Source of the DNA: Halobacteriaceae archaeon
Lineage (GTDB): Archaea > Halobacteriota > Halobacteria > Halobacteriales > Halobacteriaceae
Direction of reading: 5' to 3'
Assembly (NCBI GenBank): GCA_042216675.1
Contig: JBDGTS010000033.1
Coordinates: forward strand, 1-16,517
Length of the DNA: 16,517 bases
The translations under genes were made by a program, and so were the position numbers. Below the pieces are notes generated by a model, which was given only the letters and a program-made list of their open reading frames with translations, was not told the origin of the DNA and made no database searches. Positions 1-8,683 of this stretch are shown here, piece by piece; within the stretch, counting starts at the first letter, position 1; every line of letters starts with the position of its first letter.

Positions 1-458
1 ATTTTTCCGTACGACTGAGGGACGTGCGTCAGCGTTCCACACCGCTGACACTCGAACGCGCCGCGGGTCATCAGCGGCCGTACCGGATCGACGTCGACGA
101 CCTCACACTCGACGGCGACGAGCGAGCGGAGATGGTGTGTCCGAAGGTCGCCGACGCGATAGGTCACTCGATCAGGAACGTTCCGGAAGCGGATCGCCGT
201 GTCGTCGAGGAGTGTCTTGTGCATCGATGCCAGCGCGTTCTGGAAGCACGTGATCGCTTCCTCCGGGTTCGAGAGTAACTGACGTGCGAACTGTTCGTCG
301 TCGTCCGCGATAGTCTGCCAGTCCATCCGAAGGACTCGATCCTCCGGCTTCTCGCCCCAGTCTTGCGCCAGTGATTCGGCGTCCTCGGCGTAGCAATTCT
401 CTATGATCCACTTCGCCCGCTCGGGGTCGAGGGCGTTGCTCTTAGGCAACGCGCTCAC
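1..458 (-). CDS. mcm: MCM replicative helicase, N-terminal part (3'-truncated by window edge; absent from ORF track)
   Basis: Manual translation from GTG at 458 (alternative TTG at 449, after GGAGTGTGA) is open to base 1: ...RVLRMDWQTIADDDEQFARQLLSNPEEAITCFQNAL...AIRFRNVPDRVTYRVGDLRTHHLRSLVAVECEVVDVDPVRPLMTRGAFECQRCGTLTHVPQSYGK. This fits the MCM N-domain pattern (A-domain helices, OB-fold strand, AxFxCxxCG Zn knuckle). Overlaps the ATPase stop at 442-444. Confidence 0.85.
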   Translation of the reverse strand, partial: MSALPKSNALDPERAKWIIENCYAEDAESLAQDWGEKPEDRVLRMDWQTIADDDEQFARQLLSNPEEAITCFQNALASMHKTLLDDTAIRFRNVPDRVTYRVGDLRTHHLRSLVAVECEVVDVDPVRPLMTRGAFECQRCGTLTHVPQSYGK

Positions 459-2913
459 ACTCCTGCGAGACAGCTTCCCAGTCGATATCCAACGCCATGT
501 GTCCGAGGTCCGTCAGGACGTACTCTTTGCCGTCTTGTTCGACACAATGCTCCAGTGGACCGCCATCGCTCAGGTAATTCCCGAACGCGGATCGTGAGAA
601 CGTCAGTTTGCCGGCAATTTCGCGGTAGGTTCTGAGCGTGTTGTCCCGTATCGTCTCCAACGCCTCGATGTAGTTCCGACGCTGCTTCCGGGCGCGAACC
701 TTTCCGTTATCGGTGATGATCCACTGCCGGAGTGGTGCCGGAATGTTGTGGCGCTCGATCACCTCGTCGACGCCGCGGCCGGCATCGTCCGCATTCGACG
801 AGAGTGATAGCTTTCGATGGACGTGCGTCACGTCTACATCAGCCAGCGAAATGTCCGATGGCGTCTCGAAGTCCCGACGTTCCGCCAGCGCCCGCTCAAT
901 GGTTTCGCGGTCCACATCGTCCGGGGCGGTGTCGGCCGGGAAGTCCGACTCCATGAGATGCCATTCGGAGTAGAAGTCCCCGATGGTCGGCGTCTCGTCG
1001 GTCGGGAACACCTCTCCGTCGGGGACGTGAACCCACCAGTCGTCGTCACTCGTCGGCGGCCAGCCGTCGTTCTCCTCCTGTCGGACGCGGGCGCCACGGG
1101 CGCGGCCGTAGCGATCCAACCAGTGCTGGTCCCCGAGGCCGAGGCCGCAGGGAGCGCCCCGAAGTTCGATCGGGTAGATTTTGTCACCCGCCGCGATCAC
1201 CATCCCCATGCCGATCTGGAAGCCCGACAGCTGTTCCCGCTCGTACGGCGAGAAGTTGTAGGACCGATCCAACGTCTCGATTTCCTCCTCCCCGAGTCGA
1301 AGCAGGATTTTCGTCGCCATGTTGGTTCGGACCGGCTTGTAGACGTCGTTCAACTTCTGTGTCGACCCGAGCATCAGTATTCGACGACTCCCACCGTTCG
1401 TCGAGAGAAAGAAGATGGTCTGCCGGAGTGTCTTCACGGCGTCCTTGTAGCGCACGTCCCCGATCTTGGAGGGCGCGATGTTCTTCAACTCGCGGAGTTC
1501 CAGGGCGACGCGGGGGAGCCGGGAGTTCTCGTCGCGGGCCTTATAGACCAAGCGGAGCCAGAGGTCGATGATCAGGTACTTGAGTTCCTCCTTGGACTCG
1601 CCCATGAAGTTACAGCACAGGACCGCCGCCTGTTCGTTGTTGGCGATGACCGACTTCATGTCGATATTCTTCTCCGATCCCGGCCCCCGAGCGTTCCCGA
1701 TCAGGCCGTCGCCGGCGAGTTTGGCGACGCGTGCGGCCGCCTTTCGGAGCGCCTTCGACTGACTCATTTCGAAGTGAGCGGTGAACGTCTCGGTGGTATC
1801 ACCCGCTCCCGACGTCGCGTCGACGGCGTCCTCGTGATCGTCAGCGTCGAAGTCGGGACCGGCCTTCTCGGTCCACTGGATTTTCGAGTCCTGTTGGGGC
1901 GCAAGCCGCTGAAGTTCGCCCACGAGTTCCGGCACCTTCCCGCTGTTCTCAAGCGTGGTTTCGAGCGCCTGTTCGATCCGATCCTCGGCCGTCGAGTCCG
2001 ACGTGGTCACGCCGGCGAGGCGAAGAATCAGGTGCGGCGTCAGCGAGTCGATGCCGATCTTGAACTGCCGGAAGTTCGACGGCAGGGTGTCGGGGAGGCC
2101 CGGCGTTGCCGGGACGAACACCTCGGCGTCGAACGCCCGCGGCTCCTGATCCAGCCGGTCGAGGTTCTGTTGGATCACGCCCTCGTCTGTCGGGATACTG
2201 ATCATCGGCGTCTCCATCCGGCCGTCGTCGAAGACGCTGATGTACTTGTACCCGTGTTCGCGGTACAGGTTCATTCCGATAGAGGTGAGTGTCGAGTCCT
2301 TGCCGGAGCGCGGGAGCGCCACACAGAGGATGTGGTCGCACGACTGGTGCGGGATTTCGACGGCGGCGTCCTCCGGGTCGAGCGTCGTGTCCTTCGGGAG
2401 TCGACGACGGCCGACCGGCGCGGGGTTCTCGGTCAACGTGGTCGACGGTTCGTCGATAGACTCCAGTCGGACCGGCGCGTAGGGCGTCATCTCCCGCACC
2501 GACGAGTAGTATCCCAGGGCGCTGGCGATCCGCAGGAGGGTCAGGAACTCCTGTTCGACGTTCGGACGCTGGCCGCGTTCGTGGCGGTTGATCTGGCGCT
2601 TGAACTGCATCCGGATCGACGCCGCCGTCTTGGCGTCCACGTCGGCGCCGTCTTCGAGGAGGTCGTCGGTCGGGTCCAGAATCCGCTCGATATCGTCGTC
2701 GCGACGAAGGATCGTGTGTACCTCGGCCAGAATGTCCGACGCCGTGTCGGCGTCGTGTGCGAGGTACTCTTTCGCCGTGTTGAGCGATTCGCGGACAGTC
2801 GCCTCGATATCGAGGTCGTGACGCCGCTGGCGCTGTTCGCGACGCTCCTGGATGATACCGCGGACCGCCGTCTCTACGTCGGTGTCGTCGTGGGCCTGAA
2901 TGTCGTAGCTCAT
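442..2913 (-). CDS. HerA/FtsK/VirB4-VirD4-like P-loop ATPase with C-terminal winged helix-turn-helix (823 aa)
   Basis: Walker A-like ILCVALPRSGKDS; Walker B-position RVALELRE; HerA/FtsK-type segment STNGGSRRILMLGSTQKLNDVYKPVRTNMATKILLR; C-terminal TYREIAGKLTFSRSAFGNYL...YVLTDLG. Acidic composition, no obvious TM helix. Confidence 0.75.
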   Translation of the reverse strand: MSYDIQAHDDTDVETAVRGIIQERREQRQRRHDLDIEATVRESLNTAKEYLAHDADTASDILAEVHTILRRDDDIERILDPTDDLLEDGADVDAKTAASIRMQFKRQINRHERGQRPNVEQEFLTLLRIASALGYYSSVREMTPYAPVRLESIDEPSTTLTENPAPVGRRRLPKDTTLDPEDAAVEIPHQSCDHILCVALPRSGKDSTLTSIGMNLYREHGYKYISVFDDGRMETPMISIPTDEGVIQQNLDRLDQEPRAFDAEVFVPATPGLPDTLPSNFRQFKIGIDSLTPHLILRLAGVTTSDSTAEDRIEQALETTLENSGKVPELVGELQRLAPQQDSKIQWTEKAGPDFDADDHEDAVDATSGAGDTTETFTAHFEMSQSKALRKAAARVAKLAGDGLIGNARGPGSEKNIDMKSVIANNEQAAVLCCNFMGESKEELKYLIIDLWLRLVYKARDENSRLPRVALELRELKNIAPSKIGDVRYKDAVKTLRQTIFFLSTNGGSRRILMLGSTQKLNDVYKPVRTNMATKILLRLGEEEIETLDRSYNFSPYEREQLSGFQIGMGMVIAAGDKIYPIELRGAPCGLGLGDQHWLDRYGRARGARVRQEENDGWPPTSDDDWWVHVPDGEVFPTDETPTIGDFYSEWHLMESDFPADTAPDDVDRETIERALAERRDFETPSDISLADVDVTHVHRKLSLSSNADDAGRGVDEVIERHNIPAPLRQWIITDNGKVRARKQRRNYIEALETIRDNTLRTYREIAGKLTFSRSAFGNYLSDGGPLEHCVEQDGKEYVLTDLGHMALDIDWEAVSQECERVA

Positions 2914-2981
2914 GCTGGTCGTGATGGTGATGAAGTATGATTGAAAGGGTCCGAGCGGGAACGGCGCGGTGTCGAGAGCCG

Positions 2982-4904
2982 TTACAGACTGGCCTCAGCA
3001 ACCGGCGGCCAGCCGGCGGACGTGGACCGCTCGGCGTCCACGTCGGGCAGGTCGTAGGTGGCCGCGTCGTCGGCCGAGAACTGATTGGCGAACTGGCCCC
3101 GGATCTGCGCGAGGTCGTCGGGCAGATCCATCCAGCGCAGATGGACCGCCGTCACCGTCTGGCTCACGCCATCAGTATCGGTCAGTTCGATTTCCGTCTC
3201 GTTGAGGACGAACGGAATCATCTCCTCGTACACCTCGGCGACGAGGTCCGGGTCGTGACCCACGCCCTCACCGCGGTCGACCACCTGTTCGCAGAGATGG
3301 CGCTTGGCCACGAGGCCGTCGGGGTCCTTCGCCTCCTCGATCACCGCGATGATATCGTCCTCGATGGCCTTCCGGCCCTCGTAGGGATTCGAGAACTCGA
3401 ACTGCGAGAGCAGTGGTCGCATATGCTTGATTTCGCGGGCGAATTTCTCTTGAATCGCCGGGGCGACCGTCTCGCGGTGGAGGCGCTGGTGCCACCGATC
3501 AGCGACCGCCTCGACGAGTCGCTGTTTGTCGAAGTCGGCGTAGACGTTGCCGGCCATCCACGCGACGAACATCGTCTGTTCGGGCGTCTCGACGCGCTTT
3601 GCGAGGACGGCGCACGTATCCCACTGTTGGGCAGTCTGGTCCCGCCGCAACGACGAGAGTTTCCGCCGGCGACGCCACTTGAACGTCCCGTACGAGATGG
3701 TCCCGACGAGACAGGCGACCGCGGCGACGACCGCGTAGACCCACGGCGCGAACCACGGCGTCTGCGCCACGGTGAAGATGATCCACACCGTCGCCAGCGC
3801 AGGCACCGCGAACCGCCAGAGGAGTTCGTCGAAGTTGAGCGACGACGCGAGGTCCATCCGGAACGTCTGGAGTGCCTGGCGGAACGAGGCCGCCGCCCGC
3901 TCCGTCGTCGACGAGTCACCGTCGTCGGCGTCGGGGTCGGGATCTGTCTCCGGCTCCGTCGACGAAGCATCGTCCGCGTTCTCGACGACGGCGGGGAGCG
4001 TGGTCGTCGACTCGTCGTCACTCGCAGCCACGACCTCTCCGTCACCGGTGAGTGAGACGTCGTCGGCGCGCTCAAACGCATCCCGAACGAGCGTGAGGTC
4101 AGCTGGCGGAGCGGCGTCGGCATGGTACCCACGCAGTCCAGCGACGGCGCCGACTATCTCCCCATGTTCGCGACCGCGGTGCAGGTCCGACACGTCGAAG
4201 GTGTGTTCACCGGAATCCGCGTCGGCATCCACATCAACGTCGGCATCGTCGGCTGGCAGACTGGCGGTCGGCGTCGTATCTCCAAGCGCCTTGCCCGTGA
4301 CCGTCGCCTCTGACGGCGTCACGTCAACGTCTTCGCCAGGGCGTTCGGACGGGTGCTGGCCGGCGAAGGCCCGCATCAGTTTCGCGCGGAGTTGGTCTTT
4401 CGAGTGGTCGGCGTTGCCGATCAGGCGGACCGAGCCGTCCGTAGATTTGACCTCAGCCGAGAGCCGTTTCACCGCCTCTTTGGAGTACCGCGTCTCCTGC
4501 GCGGTGAGTTTGGCCGCGCGGTCCCACCAGCGGTTGACAGCGAGTGCCGCGCCGATCAGGGCGAGCGTCGCGTAGAAGAAGAAATTGGTCAGAAACCCGA
4601 CGACGGTACGAAGAAGCGGCCCGGACGATGCCGTTGGATCGAGGTCGCCCGCGATCATCAGGAACAACCCGATGAAAGCGACAAGCGCCGAGACGACCGT
4701 CGCGAAAATCATGATCCGAACGGGGTAGCGTTCGGGTGACCCGATAATCGCGCGTCGGACCCGATGCGCCGCGCTTCGGAGCCGGTTGACGACTCCGGAG
4801 GGCGGTGACGGGCGTCGTGCCCGCGCCCCGTTGCTGGCGTTCTGGAGCCACTCGCGCCAACCATCCGAACCGGACGACGATCCATCTCCGTCTCGATCCC
4901 ACAT
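2982..4904 (-). CDS. Hypothetical membrane protein, about 4 TM, long acidic linker, soluble C-terminal domain (640 aa)
   Basis: Hydrophobic segments IMIFATVVSALVAFIGLFLMIAG, VVGFLTNFFFYATLALIGAALAV, FAVPALATVWIIFTVA and WVYAVVAAVACLVGTISY. TGATG overlap with the upstream gene; GGAGGTGA at 4911-4918. Confidence 0.85.
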   Translation of the reverse strand: MWDRDGDGSSSGSDGWREWLQNASNGARARRPSPPSGVVNRLRSAAHRVRRAIIGSPERYPVRIMIFATVVSALVAFIGLFLMIAGDLDPTASSGPLLRTVVGFLTNFFFYATLALIGAALAVNRWWDRAAKLTAQETRYSKEAVKRLSAEVKSTDGSVRLIGNADHSKDQLRAKLMRAFAGQHPSERPGEDVDVTPSEATVTGKALGDTTPTASLPADDADVDVDADADSGEHTFDVSDLHRGREHGEIVGAVAGLRGYHADAAPPADLTLVRDAFERADDVSLTGDGEVVAASDDESTTTLPAVVENADDASSTEPETDPDPDADDGDSSTTERAAASFRQALQTFRMDLASSLNFDELLWRFAVPALATVWIIFTVAQTPWFAPWVYAVVAAVACLVGTISYGTFKWRRRRKLSSLRRDQTAQQWDTCAVLAKRVETPEQTMFVAWMAGNVYADFDKQRLVEAVADRWHQRLHRETVAPAIQEKFAREIKHMRPLLSQFEFSNPYEGRKAIEDDIIAVIEEAKDPDGLVAKRHLCEQVVDRGEGVGHDPDLVAEVYEEMIPFVLNETEIELTDTDGVSQTVTAVHLRWMDLPDDLAQIRGQFANQFSADDAATYDLPDVDAERSTSAGWPPVAEASL

Positions 4905-6361
4905 CAGTCGTCACCTCCTGCCGGGGTGTTGCCGTACCGGTAACCGGCGTCGGTCCGGTGCGTCGTCGGCATCCGATACGTGGGGTTCTCGCCTTGATGC
5001 ATACTTTCGAGCATCGACTTCACTCGCTTCCGCGCCGGTCGATACTGCGGCTGGCCGTAGTGGGTCGTCATGCGAGCGAGCGCCCGTTTCGCGTGTGCGA
5101 GCGCGGCCTGCGGGTCGCCGATCATGTCCGGTCGGAGGATCGGTTCGAGCCACGTGCCATGGAGGTCGTCGGCGTTTCGTAAGTCCTCGATACCGCGGTG
5201 GACCATCTTGGGCGGGTAGATCGGCTCACCAGCGCCGTCAGTCATCACGTCACCATCTGGACCGCGGATCGGATCGGCACCGTTTTCGGGGCTCTGCCGG
5301 ACGATATTTCCGTGGTCGTCGGTGAGCGGCCGGCCGAACGCGACCTCGTCAGCCAGTTGCTTCACTGACGAGATACCGAACGCGTCCTCCCAGTAGACGT
5401 GCGCCGGTCCGATTTCGTCGACGTCTTCGAGGCGTTCCTCGTCCGCCGCGTCCTGTTCTTGCAGATAGGAGAGCCGCATGGCCTCACGCGACTGTTCGAC
5501 GAGGTCAACTCCGTTCTGGCGCTCCCGCAGAATCGCGCCGTGGGTCTTGAGGAGTCGTCGGGCGACGAGGATAACGATTGCCGCGATGGTGATGATCGCG
5601 AACGGTGTTTGAATCGTGACGAGCATCCACGCGAACAGTTTCTCGAACTGCGGCGCAAATAGGTTGTTGAACAGGTCAGCCTGCTCTTTTTCCCACTTGT
5701 GGTACTTCGTGATCCCCTCAATGGTAGGTTCGTAGCCGTGTTCTTTGGCGTCCTCCTTCATCTGGTCAAGGAACGACGACGCTTCCTTCAGCTGTGCCGA
5801 CGCCACGATCTGGTCGGTTTGCGACGCCAGCAGTCGGAGTGTCATCTTCGACCCATCGGCGAAAAACAGTTCGACGGTGTAGAGACTCTCTCCGTCCGGC
5901 GGAGCGGCGTCCGGGTCGTAGGCGACACGAAGCGTGTGGCCGCCATCGAGAACCGCCGCGTCCGCGTTCGGTTGCGTGACGCGCGCCGCTTCGACCTGTT
6001 CCGAGACGGCGAAGACAGCGTACGGGCCGATGGTCTTCCACGTCATGCCCTCGGTCCGCGTCGTTTTCAGATACGGCCGGTCGAACTGGACTGCAGTAAC
6101 GCGGCTCTGATCCGCCAGCGTCAGTCCGCCACTTCCCGCCCCGGCGTCTCCACCTGCACCACTTGCGTTTGCCGTCGTGTTCGTCTGTGCGACGATCGGT
6201 GGCCCGTCAGTGGCCGCAACGGCCGGGGCATCCGATGCTCCGGTCGGCGTTGAATCCATCGTGGCGGCGGCCACAGCCGGCGTCACGGCGGTCAGCAGAC
6301 ACGCCAGCGCCACGAGGACGAGGACGGCACGTCGCGTCGGCGACGGACTGGCGGCCGTCAT
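4904..6361 (-). CDS. Hypothetical exported, membrane-anchored protein (signal peptide, ectodomain, internal TM, C-terminal domain; 485 aa)
   Basis: N-terminal TRRAVLVLVALACLLTAVTPAVAA signal; NTT and NAS sequons; TM LFAWMLVTIQTPFAIITIAAIVILVARR; ATGA overlap with the upstream gene and a GGAGG SD. Confidence 0.85.
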   Translation of the reverse strand: MTAASPSPTRRAVLVLVALACLLTAVTPAVAAATMDSTPTGASDAPAVAATDGPPIVAQTNTTANASGAGGDAGAGSGGLTLADQSRVTAVQFDRPYLKTTRTEGMTWKTIGPYAVFAVSEQVEAARVTQPNADAAVLDGGHTLRVAYDPDAAPPDGESLYTVELFFADGSKMTLRLLASQTDQIVASAQLKEASSFLDQMKEDAKEHGYEPTIEGITKYHKWEKEQADLFNNLFAPQFEKLFAWMLVTIQTPFAIITIAAIVILVARRLLKTHGAILRERQNGVDLVEQSREAMRLSYLQEQDAADEERLEDVDEIGPAHVYWEDAFGISSVKQLADEVAFGRPLTDDHGNIVRQSPENGADPIRGPDGDVMTDGAGEPIYPPKMVHRGIEDLRNADDLHGTWLEPILRPDMIGDPQAALAHAKRALARMTTHYGQPQYRPARKRVKSMLESMHQGENPTYRMPTTHRTDAGYRYGNTPAGGDD

Positions 6362-7419
6362 TGCGACCGCCTCCCGGCCGCAGAGGTGAGTTCTCCGTTC
6401 TCCTCGCCATTTCCGGCGGTGTCACGCGAGGAGTGGCCCTTGAACGCATCGTCGGGGAGTTTCTGGAGAATCTGTTCGTTCGACTGCCCACCGCCGATGT
6501 AGGGTGCGAGTTCCCGAAGGATATCGAGGAACTGCCGCCAGTCGTCGGTGCGAGCGTTCTTGAGCATCTGTTCGAGTTCTCTGATCTTGGCGTCTCTGTC
6601 AGCCAGAATCCGGTTTTTCTGCTTCACTTCGGACTGCATCTGGTCCATGTCCGCGTGGATTTGATGGAGCCGTTCGCGGGAGAGCGAGAACGGCGGTCGG
6701 TACTCGTAGTCCGCGACCGCGGTTGGTGACGACGACGTGTCGACGCCCTGCGTTCGGACGACCCACTCGTTACGCCCGACCTGCACGGCGTGATCGGGGA
6801 GCCGGTGGTACACCTTGTCCGAGAGCGGCCGGTGGACGTCGCCGTCGTTGCGAAGGCGGCGGTCGTCGGCCACGCGCTTGGGCTGTCGGAACAACCCGAA
6901 CCGTCGGGTGCGCGTGTACTCCGCGACGACCATTCCGTGTTCGTCCTCGATCACGTCGTCCGGGTGGTAGTGAATCGTCTCGGTCGTCTCACCTGATCCC
7001 TCGTCGGGATCGGACTCGTGCCGGACGTGGATCGTGCCGGAGCGTCGGTCGAGGCGGCGGTCGTACCAGATGCCGCCAGCGAAGGTCACGAGGCCGGCGA
7101 CAAACAGCTGTGTCTCCTGCGCGTAGGCCATCTGCGTCGGGGACCCCGTTTTCAGGTACGTGTAGATGTTCCATGTGACGACCGTGAAGACGACGAGTAT
7201 GCCGCCGACGAGCCACTTCGTCGGCCACGTCCAGCCGCCGACGCGCTTCGTCACCGGGAGGCTGTTGTCCCGACTCCGGCGCGCGCGCTGTTGCTGTTCG
7301 AGTCGCTGTTCGTCGTCGTTCTCGTCGCCGTCGCTCAGTCGCCGCCGGAGGAAGTAGATGCCCACCGCCAGAGCGATGAACACCAGGACGACGATGCCGA
7401 TGGTCTGATACTCCACCAT
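6358..7419 (-). CDS. Hypothetical membrane protein, about 3 TM, C-terminal coiled coil (353 aa)
   Basis: TMs IGIVVLVFIALAVGIYFL, WLVGGILVVFTVVTWNIY and LFVAGLVTFAGGIWY; heptad-like LHQIHADMDQMQSEVKQKNRILADRDAKIRELEQMLK; TGATG overlap and GGAGG SD. Confidence 0.85.
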   Translation of the reverse strand: MVEYQTIGIVVLVFIALAVGIYFLRRRLSDGDENDDEQRLEQQQRARRSRDNSLPVTKRVGGWTWPTKWLVGGILVVFTVVTWNIYTYLKTGSPTQMAYAQETQLFVAGLVTFAGGIWYDRRLDRRSGTIHVRHESDPDEGSGETTETIHYHPDDVIEDEHGMVVAEYTRTRRFGLFRQPKRVADDRRLRNDGDVHRPLSDKVYHRLPDHAVQVGRNEWVVRTQGVDTSSSPTAVADYEYRPPFSLSRERLHQIHADMDQMQSEVKQKNRILADRDAKIRELEQMLKNARTDDWRQFLDILRELAPYIGGGQSNEQILQKLPDDAFKGHSSRDTAGNGEENGELTSAAGRRSQ

Positions 7420-8267
7420 CAGTCATCCGCCTCCATCTCGTCGATTTCTCCGAAGCCCCACGGGTCGTCCTCGAAGTCGGTCGCGGTATCGTCGACGGCG
7501 GTCGACTCGTCAGGAGAGCCGCCGCCATCGGTGAGCCGTTCCATCTCGGCTTCGATATCCTGTTCTGTCACGTCGGCGGCCGACGATTCGGGGGGATCGC
7601 CGCTACTCTCACCGCTATCGACGCCGTCGACGCCGAGGTCATCTTTGAGGTCACTGACCACGTCGGCAGTCGGGTCGTCCCCGAGCGTGTCGAGCGCGGC
7701 TTTGAGCCGGGCGACGCGCTCGCCACCATCGAACACCATGCTCTCCTCGACGGCGGCCAACAGCATGATGCCGCGCCGGAGGAGCGGTTCGTGGTGATCG
7801 CTCAGGCGTTCGAGCACATCCAGCAGGACCACGCACTCGTTGTCGATAGCGTACTCCCGCAGTTCGTGTCGCAGGTCGTCGGGACTGTCCGCGTTTCTGA
7901 TCAGCCGCTTTCGACGATTGATCTGCGTGTTGTCGGTTAGGACCGGACACCGACTCCCGTAGTGCGGGCACTCCTTGCACGCCTCTGGGAACGCCTCTGA
8001 TCCGTCGTCGTGCTGTCGCTGGTGGTACATCGCGTTATCGCGACGGAGTTCCGAGAGGCGGCCGGTGACGTATGATTCGAGGTCGCCACCGGGCACCTCG
8101 TTGGCCTCCAGCAACCACTGTTGCACACGGTGCCGGAGGTCGCCGTCCATGATATCGCCGTGATACCGGACGAGTTCGTTCTTGATTATCTCGATACTGT
8201 CTCGTGTTTCGCTGTCTGCGTCACCGTGTGAGCGAGACTGATCGCTCTCGGTTTCGATGTGTTTCAT
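7419..8267 (-). CDS. Hypothetical soluble helical protein with C-x2-C-x6-C plus a distal Cys and an acidic tail (282 aa)
   Basis: CKECPHYGSRC and DNEC; acidic composition; stop overlaps the next start. Confidence 0.8.
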   Translation of the reverse strand: MKHIETESDQSRSHGDADSETRDSIEIIKNELVRYHGDIMDGDLRHRVQQWLLEANEVPGGDLESYVTGRLSELRRDNAMYHQRQHDDGSEAFPEACKECPHYGSRCPVLTDNTQINRRKRLIRNADSPDDLRHELREYAIDNECVVLLDVLERLSDHHEPLLRRGIMLLAAVEESMVFDGGERVARLKAALDTLGDDPTADVVSDLKDDLGVDGVDSGESSGDPPESSAADVTEQDIEAEMERLTDGGGSPDESTAVDDTATDFEDDPWGFGEIDEMEADD

Positions 8268-8288
8268 GCGTATTGGATCGGCTAGCGC

Positions 8289-8606
8289 TTAGAACTCTGA
8301 TTCGAGGCCGCCATCGGCGTCGAGTGACGGCACCTCCACGTCGGCATCCACATCCGACGGTGCGTCATCTGGCCGGTGCGGTATCGGGACGGCTTCGAGC
8401 GGCGGTGGGTCAATCGTCAGCGGCCGGTCCGCTATCTCTCCGATGTTGTCGAGGGGGACGATATGGACGCCCACCGCAGTCGTGTAGGCCAAGACCTCCT
8501 CGTCGCGGTCAAGCGGAAACGACGAATCGCGGACCAGATGCGTCTTGAAGTACAGCTGTGCGCCGTTGCCGTTCGCGACCATCTCCAATCGGTCGTGTGT
8601 CGTCAT
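8289..8606 (-). CDS. Small protein, possible AbrB/MazE/SpoVT-type swapped-hairpin DNA-binding protein (105 aa)
   Basis: GNGAQLYFKTHLVRDSSFPLDRDEEVLAYTTAVGVHIVPL fits the beta-beta-alpha-beta-beta AbrB layout, with a DSxFP segment I associate with archaeal AbrB-like proteins. First gene after the only large intergenic gap in this block. Confidence 0.55.
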   Translation of the reverse strand: MTTHDRLEMVANGNGAQLYFKTHLVRDSSFPLDRDEEVLAYTTAVGVHIVPLDNIGEIADRPLTIDPPPLEAVPIPHRPDDAPSDVDADVEVPSLDADGGLESEF

Positions 8607-8683
8607 GGCCTACGTCACGGCCTCCGGCGACCGCGTCGTCGACGACGCGCCATCACTGAGTTCGGTGTCGAGACGGGCTGAGG

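Noticed and set aside
24-411. ORFs 24..278 (+) and 172..411 (-) from the track
   Set aside because: Antisense and off-frame shadows of the MCM frame, which has recognisable motifs.
2293-2319. RSGKDS read as a dNMP-kinase P-loop
   Set aside because: Protein size and the downstream STQ...RTN..TKILLR segment fit the HerA/FtsK superfamily rather than a small kinase.
817-2940. 707-aa plus-strand ORF, and other long plus-strand ORFs such as 2937..4055
   Set aside because: Antisense mirrors of real genes; long stop-free antisense frames are expected with high-GC haloarchaeal codon usage, and the products are Arg/Val-rich without motifs.
8615-8653. 18-bp palindrome CGCGTCGTCGACGACGCG (8632-8649) and mini-ORF MARRRRRGRRRP
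   Set aside because: GTCGTCGACGAC-type words are common here (a 14-bp version sits inside a CDS near 9461), and the Arg run is a by-product of them.
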